64,000 nucleotides of DNA from Podarcis gaigeae (taxonomy: Eukaryota): the NCBI GenBank assembly GCA_964106915.2, contig OZ066927.1; one strand, given 5' to 3'. The stretch's first letter is position 1, and each line of letters begins with the position of its first letter. The translations under genes were made by a program, and so were the position numbers. Below, piece by piece: positions 1 to 11,740 of the stretch. The notes below the pieces were generated by a model. That model saw only the letters and a list, made by a program, of their open reading frames with translations, did not search any database and was not told the origin of the DNA.

Positions 1-901
1 CCAAAAAAGAAATCAAATAAAAAATAAGAACAATTCCTCCTTTCAACCAGCCAGCAGCTTTAGAGCTGTGGCATGTTTTCCATAGGGGGAAAAAAAGAGA
101 GATTTCTCCAAAAGATCTGTATGAAAGAAAACTGACTTTTGGAAAGTACGAATGTGAATATGGTTTATCTTCCTTTCTCCCTCTCCCTCTCCATCTATTC
201 CTCCTTTCTCTCCCCATCTCGCATCACACCAGGGAAACAGGGACCCCTCTGATAAATTGTTATGGATCACTATGGTTACGGTTCAAAGAGGAGTCAAAAA
301 GCAATTTTGATGGGATGCATCATTGAAGGTTGGGAAGAAATGCCCCTCTTTGTCAGGATTTCAGGACAGCTGTAACAACATTTCAGAATCCACGCAAGTG
401 TGAAATAACAGTGATATTGTAGAGCACTAAATGCTAGCATGCGCAGCACACACTTGTAAACACCCTCCCCTGATTTTAATGTCACATTATATAAGAGAGC
501 AGGAAGTGTTTGCCACCTGTTGTGTTTCCTGTCTTTTAATTAAAGAGCATTAGGGTGAATCAGGAGACAAAGTGGGAAAGGAAAAAGAATAAGGGTAGCC
601 AACAAACCCAATAAATCCATTCATGGTCACTTAGGTCATCTGAGGAAATTTTACTCACTGGTAACTAGGGATGGGCAAATCTAACAATTGTGGATCCCTT
701 CTTATCCTTATCTTTCCACTTTTAAGTTCAGTTCCACACACGCACAGACACAAACACACAGAGACACACCCTCCTGAAAATTCATCTGCATTTTAGTGTG
801 TATTTTTCCTAATCTACACATTTAGTATGCATTTTTGCCTAATCCACACACTTTTGCAAACTACCAGCTGTTTTGTGTTACCTTCACTAATTCACACTTT
901 T

Positions 902-1143
902 CCTGTCGTACCTTGGTTCTCAAATGTAATCTGTTCCGGAAGTCTGTTTGACTTCTGAAACGTTCGAAAACCAAGACACAGCTTCCAATTGGCTGCAGGA
1001 GCTTCCTGCAATCAAGTGGAAACTGCATCGGATGTCAGGCTTCTGAAAAACATTCAAAAACTGGAACACTTACTTCTGGGCTTTTGGTGTTTGGGAGCCA
1101 AAACGTACAAGTACCAAGGCATTCGAGAACCAAGGTACGGCTG
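902..1143. mobile_element. Tigger/pogo-type MITE nested in an older AT-rich repeat (~665-1275)
   Basis: Inverted ends CGTACCTTGGTTCTC...GAGAACCAAGGTACG; right end CTG followed by TA. Confidence 0.75.
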
Positions 1144-1233
1144 TATGTATACACATTATTTGACTGAAGAACTGCAGTGGAAAATTTGGAGGAATGCTCA
1201 TTTTGAAGAAATGCTTTTGTTTCATTTCACATA

Positions 1234-1510
1234 CTGTTTCATAATGTACAAGTTAGATAAATTCACCTTTAAGCTGAATTTCTCCTCCACTCCTGTTGGC
1301 AATGGACCATGCAAACTTCCATAGGGCGGTGACCTGGAAATGGCAGGCATGATGTATATTCAAAATGTGGAAAATGTATAAATTTAAAAAACACAACACA
1401 ATACATATTGTTTCATAAAGTACACATTAGATAATTTCACCTTTAAATTGAATGTCTCTTCCACTCCTGCTGGCAATTGACCCTACAGACTTCCACAGGG
1501 AAATGGCAGG
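1234..1510. repeat. Degenerate local tandem duplication (~1234-1347 vs ~1408-1510)
   Basis: tgtttcataa..ttagataa.ttcacctttaa..tgaat...ccactcctg.tggcaat...cttcca.aggg...aaatggcagg occurs twice, ~175 bp apart. Confidence 0.75.
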
Positions 1511-1571
1511 GATCAAACCTGGGACCTTCTGCATGCAAAGCATGTGTTCTGCCATTGAGCTACAGGCCTTC
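1500..1571 (-). mobile_element. tRNA-derived SINE head (Squam2-like), fragment
   Basis: Reverse complement reads gtagctcaatggcagaacacatgctttgcatgcagaaggtcccaggtttgatccctg, with Pol III A/B-box-like layout. Confidence 0.6.
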
Positions 1572-1994
1572 TTCAGTGAGAACTAGATGATTATTTGTAT
1601 TAGATAACATTTAAACACTTTAATGCCTTTTTCCCCATTTTCATATATATAATCCAGAGATTTGTTTGCTATAATTACATTTCAAAGCTGTTAGACAAAT
1701 CCAAATACATTGTGGGGAACTCTGGAAGGGAAAAGATTGCAATCCAAGAAGTCAGTCTCCAGTTCATATTGCAGAGCCTCTCTCCTTGAAGATACTGGGA
1801 AAATGCCCACCTAATTTGGCAAGATTCTTGAATCCCAGCTGGACAGCAGCTCACTCGTGACCCTTGATGCTTGAACTACAGTATTGAATAGACCAATCCG
1901 CAAAGAAGCTTCTTGTCATTTTCTGAGAAGAGGAAAAAAGAAAGCTGGGCACTCAAAGCAACAAATCAAGCTTTAGCCAAGAAGGTGAGAGCGC

Positions 1995-2465
1995 ATGAGA
2001 GGGGTTAGATCTCATATAACCCCTGTTCTAAAACAGCTCATTGGCTGCCATTTTGTTTCCAGGCCCAATTCAGTATTTAAAGTCCTAAATAACTTAGGCC
2101 CAAAAAAACAGAGAGACTTCCATTTCCCCTACAGACCATCTCCAGTGCTAAGACAAGCCCAGGGGACCCTATTGGTACTTCCACCATTCTCAGAAGCTCT
2201 GGGGTGGCATGGGAGAAAGTAGGGCCCTTTATATGTCCAGCTGTCCTTTGTCAGCAACAAATTGCTGCTGTTTTTTGTGTTGAATATATACTACATGGTA
2301 ATTTATGGACCTAATAGATATCTAAAGCCATTTGCACATTATGCCATGCAACCAGGCCATTTCGAAAGTAAAGGTGTACCCCCAGTCTTGTGATTGTAAT
2401 TGGCTTTCAGTGTTGTATTTTAAATGGCTGTGACCTATCCTAGGACCTCGGGGTGAGTGGCAACT
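1995..2465 (+). mobile_element. L2 LINE 3' fragment
   Basis: HITPVLKQL...FKVLNNLGP, typical of the L2 ORF2 C-terminus. Confidence 0.7.
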
Positions 2466-2671
2466 TAACAATAACATTGGGAGCAAGCAACATGAACCCC
2501 CACCTGTGGGAGATGCTGTAGCTTTAGATCCCTAGGTGCTGTGCTGAAATCTGCCTTCTGATTTCTGTTATCCCTTTGGAAGGGGGACCCCATATTTCTG
2601 CTTTATTCTCAGAGCCCTTGTGAATTTCTTTAGAATTTCATTGGATGTTGCATTTTGAGCTTACCTTATCC

Positions 2672-3525
2672 TTGCAAAGTGACCAAGGTTGGTATGTGTG
2701 TGCTTTTGCTTTCCAGTAAATAGCGTCCTCCATCATGGTGGGCACATGTTGCGGTGAGATCACCTAAACTGCCTCCTTGTTTTTGGGGCAGGACCATTTG
2801 GATAGCCACAATACCCCATTGGTTGCCCCTCAGTTGCTGGGGTAGAAATTTTGCCTGTTGGGTCATCTATTGGCTACCAAGGGGTTATTTAAGCTGTTGC
2901 ACATTGCTGGAAGCTTTCTCTTTCTTGCAATGTGCATTGGATCACCCGCCCTCCCACTCTATATTTAGGGCTGTTCTTTGGCCTTGCTATGCCTGTTCGT
3001 CTGTTTTTGGAGTAGGGGCCTGGTAGGAATTTTGCCATTTGGCTGTTGCCATTTGGTTTTTGCCTACAGTGTAGCAAATCGTCACAACTTTGTGAGGTTG
3101 GCGGTTAGGCATTGGTTCAATGTTTTGCGGAGGGGAAGTGGTTGGCTGTACCTGCCCCTCCATCGCTGCTGCTAGAGAATTCTGTTAAAGGAATCCAGGG
3201 GTTCGCCTTGCTTTTGTCCAAACCCTGTCATGGGGCTAGGGCCACGACAAAGCCCCTGGGAGCATCTGGAGTGAGCTGTGAGATCGAAGCCAGCTTCTTG
3301 CTTCCTCAGGATGCTTTCCCTCACTGACTTCTGGTGGTGGCCAGTGTCAGTCCTGTTCCTGCCACTGTGCAGGTTCAGGTATTCTGGAACCAATGCCTAA
3401 GCAACCACTCACATGCTGTAATCAATAAAGTTGTGGCCAAAATTAATGCCAAAAACCTTAAGCTAAATTCTGTGTCTATTGTGTCTTTATTTTGGGGGTG
3501 GTTTTGGGTGGGTCTTCACACGCAA
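2672..3525 (+). mobile_element. LTR-like non-autonomous element with TTGC...CGCAA ends and no TSD (probable DIRS/Ngaro-type remnant)
   Basis: TATA-like ttatttaa at ~2885, AATAAAGTTGTGGCC at 3424-3438, end cacgcaa at 3525. The left end is either ttgca (2672) or ttgcg (2749). The family call is from recall. Confidence 0.5.
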
Positions 3526-5221
3526 ACATTTCCTAGCACACTTCAGCTCCCCTCAACTGCCCATGCTTCCTGATCTGAAAGCCTGGGTATCCATGTTAGG
3601 GAATCATTTTGCAAAGAAACAAGTAGAAGTCTGAAAGGTTCCAGAGTTTTCCTTTATGTATGGGAGTGGTACTCTGGGCTTAATTGGCATCAGCTGGAAG
3701 GGCCAATAAGAAGAAGACCACTTGGCTTCATTTTTGCAGACACCTGATATCTGACGGAAGAGTGCTGCCTGTGAATTCTGTTGAAGGCCTGTTGCTGTGA
3801 TTTACAACATGCTGTTAATAAGACTTTTGTTTGAAAGTATACTGTTAATTGCTGTTTATGTCAACAGTCGAAACCGTTTCTTTTACAACCATAACGCATG
3901 TACCCGGTCTGGGAATACAATCTCAACTGAGACTTTAGTTTAGTGAGTCATCTTTAAAACAACTTTATTATTTTTCACTGCTTCTACGCAAGAAAGAAGC
4001 TAAACTCTGCTAAAGCAGTTTAAAAGAGGTTTTACCGACACACAGTATCTGCACAGTGAAAGTGTGTGTGGACAGTAACCTCTAATAATCCATTAAGGCT
4101 GAGTACTGCAAACCAGTAGGGAGGTGATTTGTTGAATGAATGAATGAAAGGGCAATCGTGAACAGCCCCCAGCTGCTTCAACATTAATGTGAGGCAAAAA
4201 TCCTACACCTCACCCATGATAATTTCACTGAATTTTTCTCTCCTCTTACAGAATTTCTTTTCTGTGTATATATATGTATGGGATACGTTTTCAGTGCAGT
4301 ATTGTAGAAAGCAAATCTGTGGCTGTATCTCGGTTCAGCACACAAGCACTGAACACAGTATGCCTACATTATGCTAGTCCAGATCTTTTGGAGTCTGCTG
4401 GGGGGGGGGGGACTTTTGATTCTGATTTGCCTTAGTATCTTCAGCTGCTATAAAAATCCATTAGATTCCAGCCTGACACCATTGCCTCCCAGCCTCTGCT
4501 ACCCTAGAGGCCTTTGACAAAGTTAATTCGAAATTACTGTAAAGGTAGAGCCTATTTTATGCCTTTGAAAGTTAAAATAGCCAGAGTCTGGTGTATCTCT
4601 AGAGAGGAAAAAAAGGGAAGGTGTCAGAACTCAGCTGGTAAATAAGATGTTACCGTGTGAAGCATGGGAGAAACAGAGTTCTTTTCCTTCTTTGTAAAGG
4701 CTCTACCTGTGTAACATGAAGGGGAGAATCGGTGACAGACACATTAAAACACCATTAAACTGTGAAATGGAACACAGTGTGAAAATAGATTTAACCTTCA
4801 CAGCGTATCGATCTCTACCCTGTGCCGTGCCTAAGTTCTTGGACAACTGTTTTATAATAGGTTTTACTCATTTTCCTGTTGCTATTCCGACTTCCTCAGA
4901 GGAGTGTGTTATTTCTAAAAGATCCTGACAGCTAAGGCTGGGGAGGGAGAGAGAGAGAGAGGGAGAAAGCGAAGTTATTTTTTCAGCTACCCCTTTGCTT
5001 GGGAAGGTTGCAACCAAAAGTCATCCTTGCAAAAAGAAAGTACTCTGCCAAGACAGAATCTGGAAGGTTTCATAACTGAGCAGCTCCAGCCCGTATTGTT
5101 TCTTCCATCTTGACCCACTATGAAGGGGAAAAAAATCAAGGATTGCAGTTCTGCGCCAAGATGACTTTGTGTTGTGTAACACAATTCAATCAATGTAAAG
5201 TGTGAGAAAAGTGGGCAGTCA

Positions 5222-5945
5222 TTGGCCAGTCACTAACACTCCTTTTCTGGGCAAGGTGATGGAGAGACTAGTGTGGTGCAACTAGAGATGCTCTTGGAAA
5301 ATACCAATATTCTTGACCCATTTGAGTTTGGCTTCAGGTCCTAATTGGCATTGGTCACCTTTATCAGTCACCTTTATTATGTTAGGGATGGGGGACTGCA
5401 ACCATGTTGCTGTAACTTGATTTCTCAGTGGCTTTTTATACCATCAACCATGGACTGGTGCTGCATGATGGGAATTGATGGCGCTGTGCTCTAGGGCTTC
5501 CACTCCTACCAGCAGGGGCACTATCTAGAGGAGGGCCGAGGGGCCAGAGCCCCCCCCCATATTTTCATGAAAGGGGCTGGGTCCCTCCCCCAAAATTCTG
5601 TGGCAATCCTCAAAAGGATTTGCCAGGATGAAGCATCTTTGCCTTGCTGCATCACTCTGACAATCCCCAGAGCGATTCCCCGAAAGGCACGCTGGTGATC
5701 TCTGCTGGGGATTTGCAGGGCGAAGCATCTTCGCCCCGCATTTCCCTTTCACAAGATAAGGTGGATCGCAGTGGGTGGGTGGGGGATGGTGGGCCGAGTA
5801 GGCCTGGCTGGACCTGGGGGTGCATCGCGTGTGTGACATCATGCATGTGCAACGCGTGCCCCCCCCCCAAAAAAAAATGTTGGGTGCAACTCAGTGTGCC
5901 TAGCAGCAAGACCATTCACAGGGAGTGGCATTGGGTGCCTGCCTG
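5222..5945 (+). mobile_element. L2 LINE RT fragment, split by a hAT MITE
   Basis: Degenerate translation PFLGKVMER...LDPFEFGFR...LDFSVAFYTINHG...FHSY, resuming after the insert. Confidence 0.75.
5513..5898. mobile_element. hAT-type MITE, GC-rich
   Basis: Starts CAGGGG, ends TG; 8-bp TSD cctaccag/cctagcag (1 mismatch); interrupts L2; TIR match is poor. Confidence 0.65.
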
Positions 5946-6255
5946 CTAGATTTCTGACATTTGCACTCTGGAGTCCCTCTGGTACCATCTTTGCCCCCAA
6001 GCCCACATTCCCTGCCTGTTTGTGCTCCTGTCTCAGTGATGTCTACGCTGGCATGACCATGTCCACAGAATGGAAGATGGCAGGATCCCCAAGGTCATGT
6101 TCTACAGGGAGATGGCTTCAGGAACCAGACCTACTGACAGACCAACTCTGCATGATAAAAGATGTCTGCAATCGTGACAGGAGGGCTGGCAACATCAACC
6201 ACACTATGTGGGAATCCCTTGCAGAGAACCACAGTGCCTGAATAATAATAATAAA

Positions 6256-6566
6256 AAAGTAAAGGACCCCTGGGTGCTTAGGTCCAGTCAAAGGTGACTA
6301 TGGGGTTGCAGCGCTCATCTCACTTTCAGGCTGAGGAAGCCAGCGTTTGTCCACATACAGCTTTCCGGGTCATATGGCCAGCTTCTGGTGCAATGGGACA
6401 CCATGATGGAAATCAGAGTGCACAGAAATGTCATTACCTTCCCACCACAGCGGTACCTATTTATGTACTTGCACTGATGTGCTTTCAAACTGCTAAGTTG
6501 GCAGGAGCTGAGATAAAGCAACAGAACTCACCCCATCGTGCAGATTCAAACCAACATTCAGGTCAG
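6256..6566 (-). mobile_element. Sauria SINE (Squam1), older diverged copy
   Basis: Diagnostic core gcggtacctatttat.tacttgcact...gctttc.aactgcta.gttggcagg. Confidence 0.85.
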
Positions 6567-6679
6567 GTAAGTGACCAGAGGAGGAATGACCACTGGGAGA
6601 AGGGCAGAGAGACTGGGAACTGTGGAGCAACTGTAACCATACAGCCAGACGCCTTCATCTGCAACAAAACATGTCTCTC

Positions 6680-6839
6680 CAGGGGTGCAAACTTGAATAT
6701 AATATTGGGGGGCAGGTAAGGCCTGCCCCATATAATCATTCACAAGGCATGGCGCGCGCACACACACACACACCATTTGAATGGCAGTGACCATGAACTT
6801 GGGGAGGGGGGGTCCTTCAACTATTTTATTGGGCAAGGG
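6680..6839. mobile_element. hAT-like insertion in the RTE fragment
   Basis: TSD tgtctctc(c) at 6672 and 6840; left end CAGGGGTGCAAAC; right TIR not recognisable. Confidence 0.6.
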
Positions 6840-6942
6840 TGTCTCTCCCATATTGGTCTGTACAGCCACAGCAGGTGGTGTAACCTTCCAATAGTTTGAC
6901 CTCAGCAGGCAGACAGATGCCAAGAAGATGAAGAAGAAGAAG

Positions 6943-6973
<31 letters not shown>

Positions 6974-7281
6974 TGAAGTAATTGGGAGTGCACATTAGAT
7001 TTGGAGCAAAGTGTTGCCAGTATGCTGATGACACTCAACCCGACTTCTCTGTAGCAAGCATTTGATGATGATGAATTAAATTTCTCTAGTGCCCTCCATC
7101 CACAGATGATTTTTGCAACAATTAATAAGATTGTGCTGCTAATTTCCCCTATATTTTATGGTTTTTGTGGCTTTATGATGTTGTTATGTATTTTTGTACT
7201 GCCATGGAATGAGTTGATAGGTAAGATATAAATCAATAAATATGAATAAATTAATATAAATAGACCACAACTACCTATTGG

Positions 7282-7700
7282 GTGTATAAGGGATAAGGTG
7301 GTCTCTCAGGTAACCTGGCCTTATATGTTAGTACCAAAACCTTGAACTTGTTCCAGTAGCAGATTGGCAGCCTTTGCAAATCCTACAAGCTGGATGCCCT
7401 GTGGGGGTATTATTATTATTATTAAAATTTGTATACCGCTGTATACCCGCAGGTCTCAGGGCGGTTACAACATAAAATCACAATATAAAAACACAAAGTA
7501 CATAATCAAAATAAAAACAAAAACAACCCCCAATAACCTCCCCCTTCTCCAACACATTTGAATGGACATTAGATGTCAATCAGCTAAAGGCCTGGTTAAA
7601 GAGGAAAATTTTTGCCTGGTGCCTAATGAAGGCGCCCGGTGAACCTCCCTGCGGAGAACATTCCACAAACTGGGAGCTACTGCAGAAAAGGTGTGTGCTG
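7282..7700 (-). mobile_element. L2 LINE fragments including a 3' end with (TAA)n tail
   Basis: tattattatt...tgtataccgc...ctcagggcggttac...; ttccacaaactgggagc motif. Confidence 0.65.
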
Positions 7701-9925
7701 CAGATATGGTAGATGGGACTGTAAACAAGGCTGATTAGAGGAGCTTCTGAGGGGAGGCTGGGACAAAGGAAGGAGGTGGAGCTTTGAATGACTGGGGCTG
7801 TGGTAGGCATGGTTTGGCAGAGTGGGAATTATGGCATCTTCAATTTTAGGAGACAGCAGCCACCACTGTTGACTTTATAATCTACTCACATCTTTTTTCA
7901 CTGGACTGCACTTCGCCCCATCCTGGGCAAGAAAATGCCCAGGGCCTAGGATATCATAGGCAAAAAATTGCTACCAAGAACTAAAGGATAGGATTTTTTT
8001 CCCCCTAAAGGACCATTGAAAATGGATAAACAATTAAAAATGTATTGAAAGTAGAAAGTGGGGGGGAAGAAAAAGAGAAATAATTTCTAATTAATTCTAG
8101 TGCCCTGCGCAACCCCAGTCTATTTGTAATCCTACAGGGAACATCTTTATTGATCTGGGGGACGTTGCTGCAGACTTCTGATGCTTATCTCAGCATAAAA
8201 ATAGGCTCTCGTGATGAGCAGTGATTTAATTACATGACAATCACCGTTAACAGTGCATGGCGAAGACCCCCCTCCCCCCCAAAAAAAAAAATATGCAGAG
8301 GAAGACTGGCAGTGATAAATGTGAGCCGATGGCTTTGACTTTCAGTAAAGTCATCCACTGCCAGGAATGGTAGAAAACCAACCCCCCTCCCTTCTTCCTT
8401 TTCCACCTCACTCACCCCGCCCCCCAGTCTTTTCTGTTTCTTAGAAAGCAGCTTGCTCTGTTTGAGATGTGCCCAAGGGATCTTAAGACATATTGGTGGG
8501 TGGGATAAGAGAGAGAAAGTGGAAGAAGGGGAGAGGATTATGATCAAAGCAAGGCTTAAACCATATGACAGTTGAACTTGCCACTGTGTGATGCCTGTGA
8601 GGACATTGCTGTTTCGTTGCACAGGTGCTCTTTGGAAAAATTTGCTGAAAAAAATGTTTCCCGCAGTTCAGCACATTTTAAAAGTGTGCCTGGAGAGCTG
8701 ACCAAATTTAGGCTTCTCAATTTTTTTCAACTGGGATGTCACCATCATACTTCTCACAGCATAGCCTTCCAAACCATGATAAGCAAATTTAACAGTAGCC
8801 ATTCAAATTTCAGCTGAACTCCATAGATATTTCTTTCTGCTTTTTCAAATTTTCACTGCTTCTGTTTCATTACCTTTCCTTCAATGTTGTCAGCTGCATG
8901 TTATGTGAGAGCACAATGCATCATGGGATTTGTAGTCCTGGTTGTTGCCATTCTTATCACTGGCTGCATAGTTGTACAAATATATCAATAGTATGGCATG
9001 GTGCTTGCAGTATTTATCTCTGCACAACATTATGGGATTTGAAGAGATGCCAAAATACCAACATTTAAACATCAAAGCTTTGCAAGGACACAGATATCGC
9101 AAGAATGTATGATCGTCATGAAAAGAAGAAGAAAAAACCATTGTGTTGCAGGTGGAACACTCCACTGATTTGTCAAAAAAAAAAATTGGCAGGCTTTTAA
9201 TATGGATGCCACAGTTTTTGAGCAGGATTCAGAAGTACTGAACTGCAGTAGAAATCCACACAACTTGCCAATGGCAATTCTTTCAAATACGTAAAGAATT
9301 ATCACCATGGCTAGGTCTTCCTTTGTTGGAAGTTTCCGTGCAACTCATCTTTTATAAGATGGGTATGCATGATTTAAGACTGATAAGAGTTAGGGACCTC
9401 CACATTCTTGGACTATCCCTGTCTATTTAACCCACCAGTTTACTTTTCTGTCTCCTTGATGTTTAGACTGGCATGTCTTAGGTTACATCCTGTTTGCAAC
9501 TCCCTCGTCCTCATGCTGCTTTGGGATTTTTCAAAATGAATTTTCTTTTCTTAAAAAGCAAATAAACACTGCCCTTCAATTTATGCCCCCAGTCTGACAA
9601 AGGCCATATTTCCCCATGCATATTCTCTCTATGAGGATTATTACATTTGTTTTACCATCACATTACATTTCAATAGCCTTCTCCGTTCGCTTCAGTGGAA
9701 TACAAATGGAGAACGGTCCTCTACTGAAGTCAATGGGTAAGCCATACATATTCTGCTTCTCCCCCATAAGGCACTACTGGATCAGATTGCAAATGAACAC
9801 AGCTATAGAGGGAAACACACAAATACACACATCTTGGCTGGATTTGGATGAAATAAAACCCTTAATTCATGCAAAAAGAAGAAGATGACCCTTTACTTTG
9901 AAATAAAATATATCCCACGTTGATA

Positions 9926-9931
9926 TTTATT
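9926..9931 (-). terminator. Candidate MCTP2 polyadenylation signal (AATAAA)
   Basis: AATAAA on the minus strand ~3.6 kb after the stop, followed by U-rich sequence. Other AATAAA hexamers exist (11221-11226, 8146-8151), so the true 3' end is unresolved. Confidence 0.3.
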
Positions 9932-10468
9932 GTGCCATCAGAATGTTTTCTGTATATAAAAAAAGGAATCTCCCATAAACCAAACCCACAGAAAGCTGCT
10001 CAAAGTAACTGGATACATCTGATGGAAAGCAAGTGGATCCAACATCAAGTGATCTGGTATGAATTTTCATGGCATGCATTATGCATGTGGGTCTAGGAAT
10101 AACAAATGGATATCAAGACCCAGGATATTTCTATCGAAGGCAAAAATGTTCTCAGATATGGATTTGGATACCTGCTGTCTTTGTAATATGCCCCACAGCT
10201 TTCAGTGAACCAGTCTTGGATCAGCTGAAGGAATTCAATCATCCTCTGCTAAGAAACTTTCCAGAGTTGTCCTCATCCCAGTGTGATGTTTCTTCACCTG
10301 CTTCACTCTGCTGCTTCACAGGAACTTAAGGATGTAAGAATTGGCTTGCAGGATCATAGAAAGACCCATTTAGACCAGTATTCCAAAGCTAGTCAAGAAG
10401 AAACCCACTTTGGAATCTCACATATTGGGCATAAAGGATATTACATTCCACACTGGCCGTCTCATGTA

Positions 10469-10815
10469 AAGGTAAAGGGACCCCTGACCGTTAGGCCCAG
10501 TCGAGAATGACTCTGGGGTTGCGACGCTCATTTCACTTTACTGGCTGAGGGAGCCGGCGTACAGCTTCCAGGTCATGTGGCCAGCATGACTAAGCCGCTT
10601 CTGGCGAACTAGAGCAGCACACGGAAACGCCATTTACCGTTCCGCTGGAGCGGTACCTATTTATCTACTTGCACTTCGTGCTTTTGAACTGCTAGGTTGG
10701 CAGGAGCTGGGACCGAGCAATGGGAGCTCACCCTATCATGGGGATTCGAACCGCCGACCTTCTGATCAGCAAGCCCTAGGCTCAATGGTTTAACCCACAG
10801 CGCCACCCGCATCCC
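10469..10815 (-). mobile_element. Sauria SINE (Squam1), full length
   Basis: tRNA-like head, (ACCTTT)n tail, 13-bp TSD gccgtctcatgta/gccatctcatgta. Confidence 0.95.
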
Positions 10816-11376
10816 GCCATCTCATGTAGGAATGCATAAATCTGTCAATTCTGGTTTTCTTGCTTTAACCATCTTATATTCTGCTTTCCACATTTCAGCA
10901 GCAATTTGCAATTTAAAAAAACCCTTATTCACCAGTGTTTCTCCTAATATATACACATTTTTCTATGCAGCTTTGACAAATATACACATGTTCCCAAACA
11001 ATTTCCCCCAGTATAAGGCATTTTTGTATATTATTTTCATTAATATATGCAATCGTATGCCCACCTTCCCCCAATATATGCATTTTTGTATTCAGAGAAA
11101 TGCAAATTCTGAAAGCTTGCCTGTGTTTCAGTATGTATGTTGTTTTAGAAAGTGCACATTAGGTAGGTTCACCTTTAATTGCAAACGGAATCCATTCCAC
11201 CCCCATCCCCACCAGAGTTCTTTATTTTTAAAGAATAACTTTTTAAAAAGTTATGTTCCCTCTTGCCTTTCCTCTTGAAGGATAAGGCTTGCCTGGGAAC
11301 TGAATCATTATAGCCTTTTCATATACAAAGCAAGAATTGTGCCTCTAGATTTGCCTTCCTCAACCACACTCCTCAA

Positions 11377-11740
11377 TTGTTGTTGTTGTTGTTGTTTAAT
11401 CGTTTAGTCGTGTCCGACTCTTTGCGACCCCATGGACCAGAGCACACCAGGCACTTCTGTCTTCCACTGCCTCCCGCAGTTTGGTCAAACTCATGCTGGT
11501 AGCTTCAAGAACACTGTCCAACCATCTCGTCCTCTGTCATTCCCTTCTCCTTGTGCCCCCCATCTTTCCCAAGATCAGGGTCTTTTCCAGGGAGTCTTCT
11601 CTTCTCATGAGGTGGTCAAAGTATTGGAGCCTCCGCTTCACGATCTGTCCTTCCAGTGAGCACTCAGGGATGATTTCCTTAAGAATTGAGAGGTTTGATC
11701 TTCTTGCAGTCCATGGGACTCTCAAGAGTCTCCTCCAGCA
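11377..11740 (-). mobile_element. BovB (RTE) LINE, 5'-truncated
   Basis: [47 protein letters not shown]; (CAA)n tail; TSD cacactcctca. Confidence 0.95.

Larger units (their letters stand above)
5995..6972 (+). mobile_element. RTE-clade (non-BovB) LINE 3' end with (AAG)n tail, split by a Sauria SINE and a MITE
   Basis: HVHRMEDGRIPKVMFYREMASG..., KDVCNRD...MWESLAE, then AFICNKTCLS|HIGLYSHSRWC (C-terminal zinc-finger remnant) and an (AAG)n tail at 6922-6972. Confidence 0.8.

Noticed and set aside
3594-3935. Possible old LTR starting tgttaggg
   Set aside because: No convincing right end, TSD or canonical AATAAA.
6558-7038. Poly-F/poly-L ORFs
   Set aside because: Reverse reading of the (AAG)n tail of the RTE fragment.
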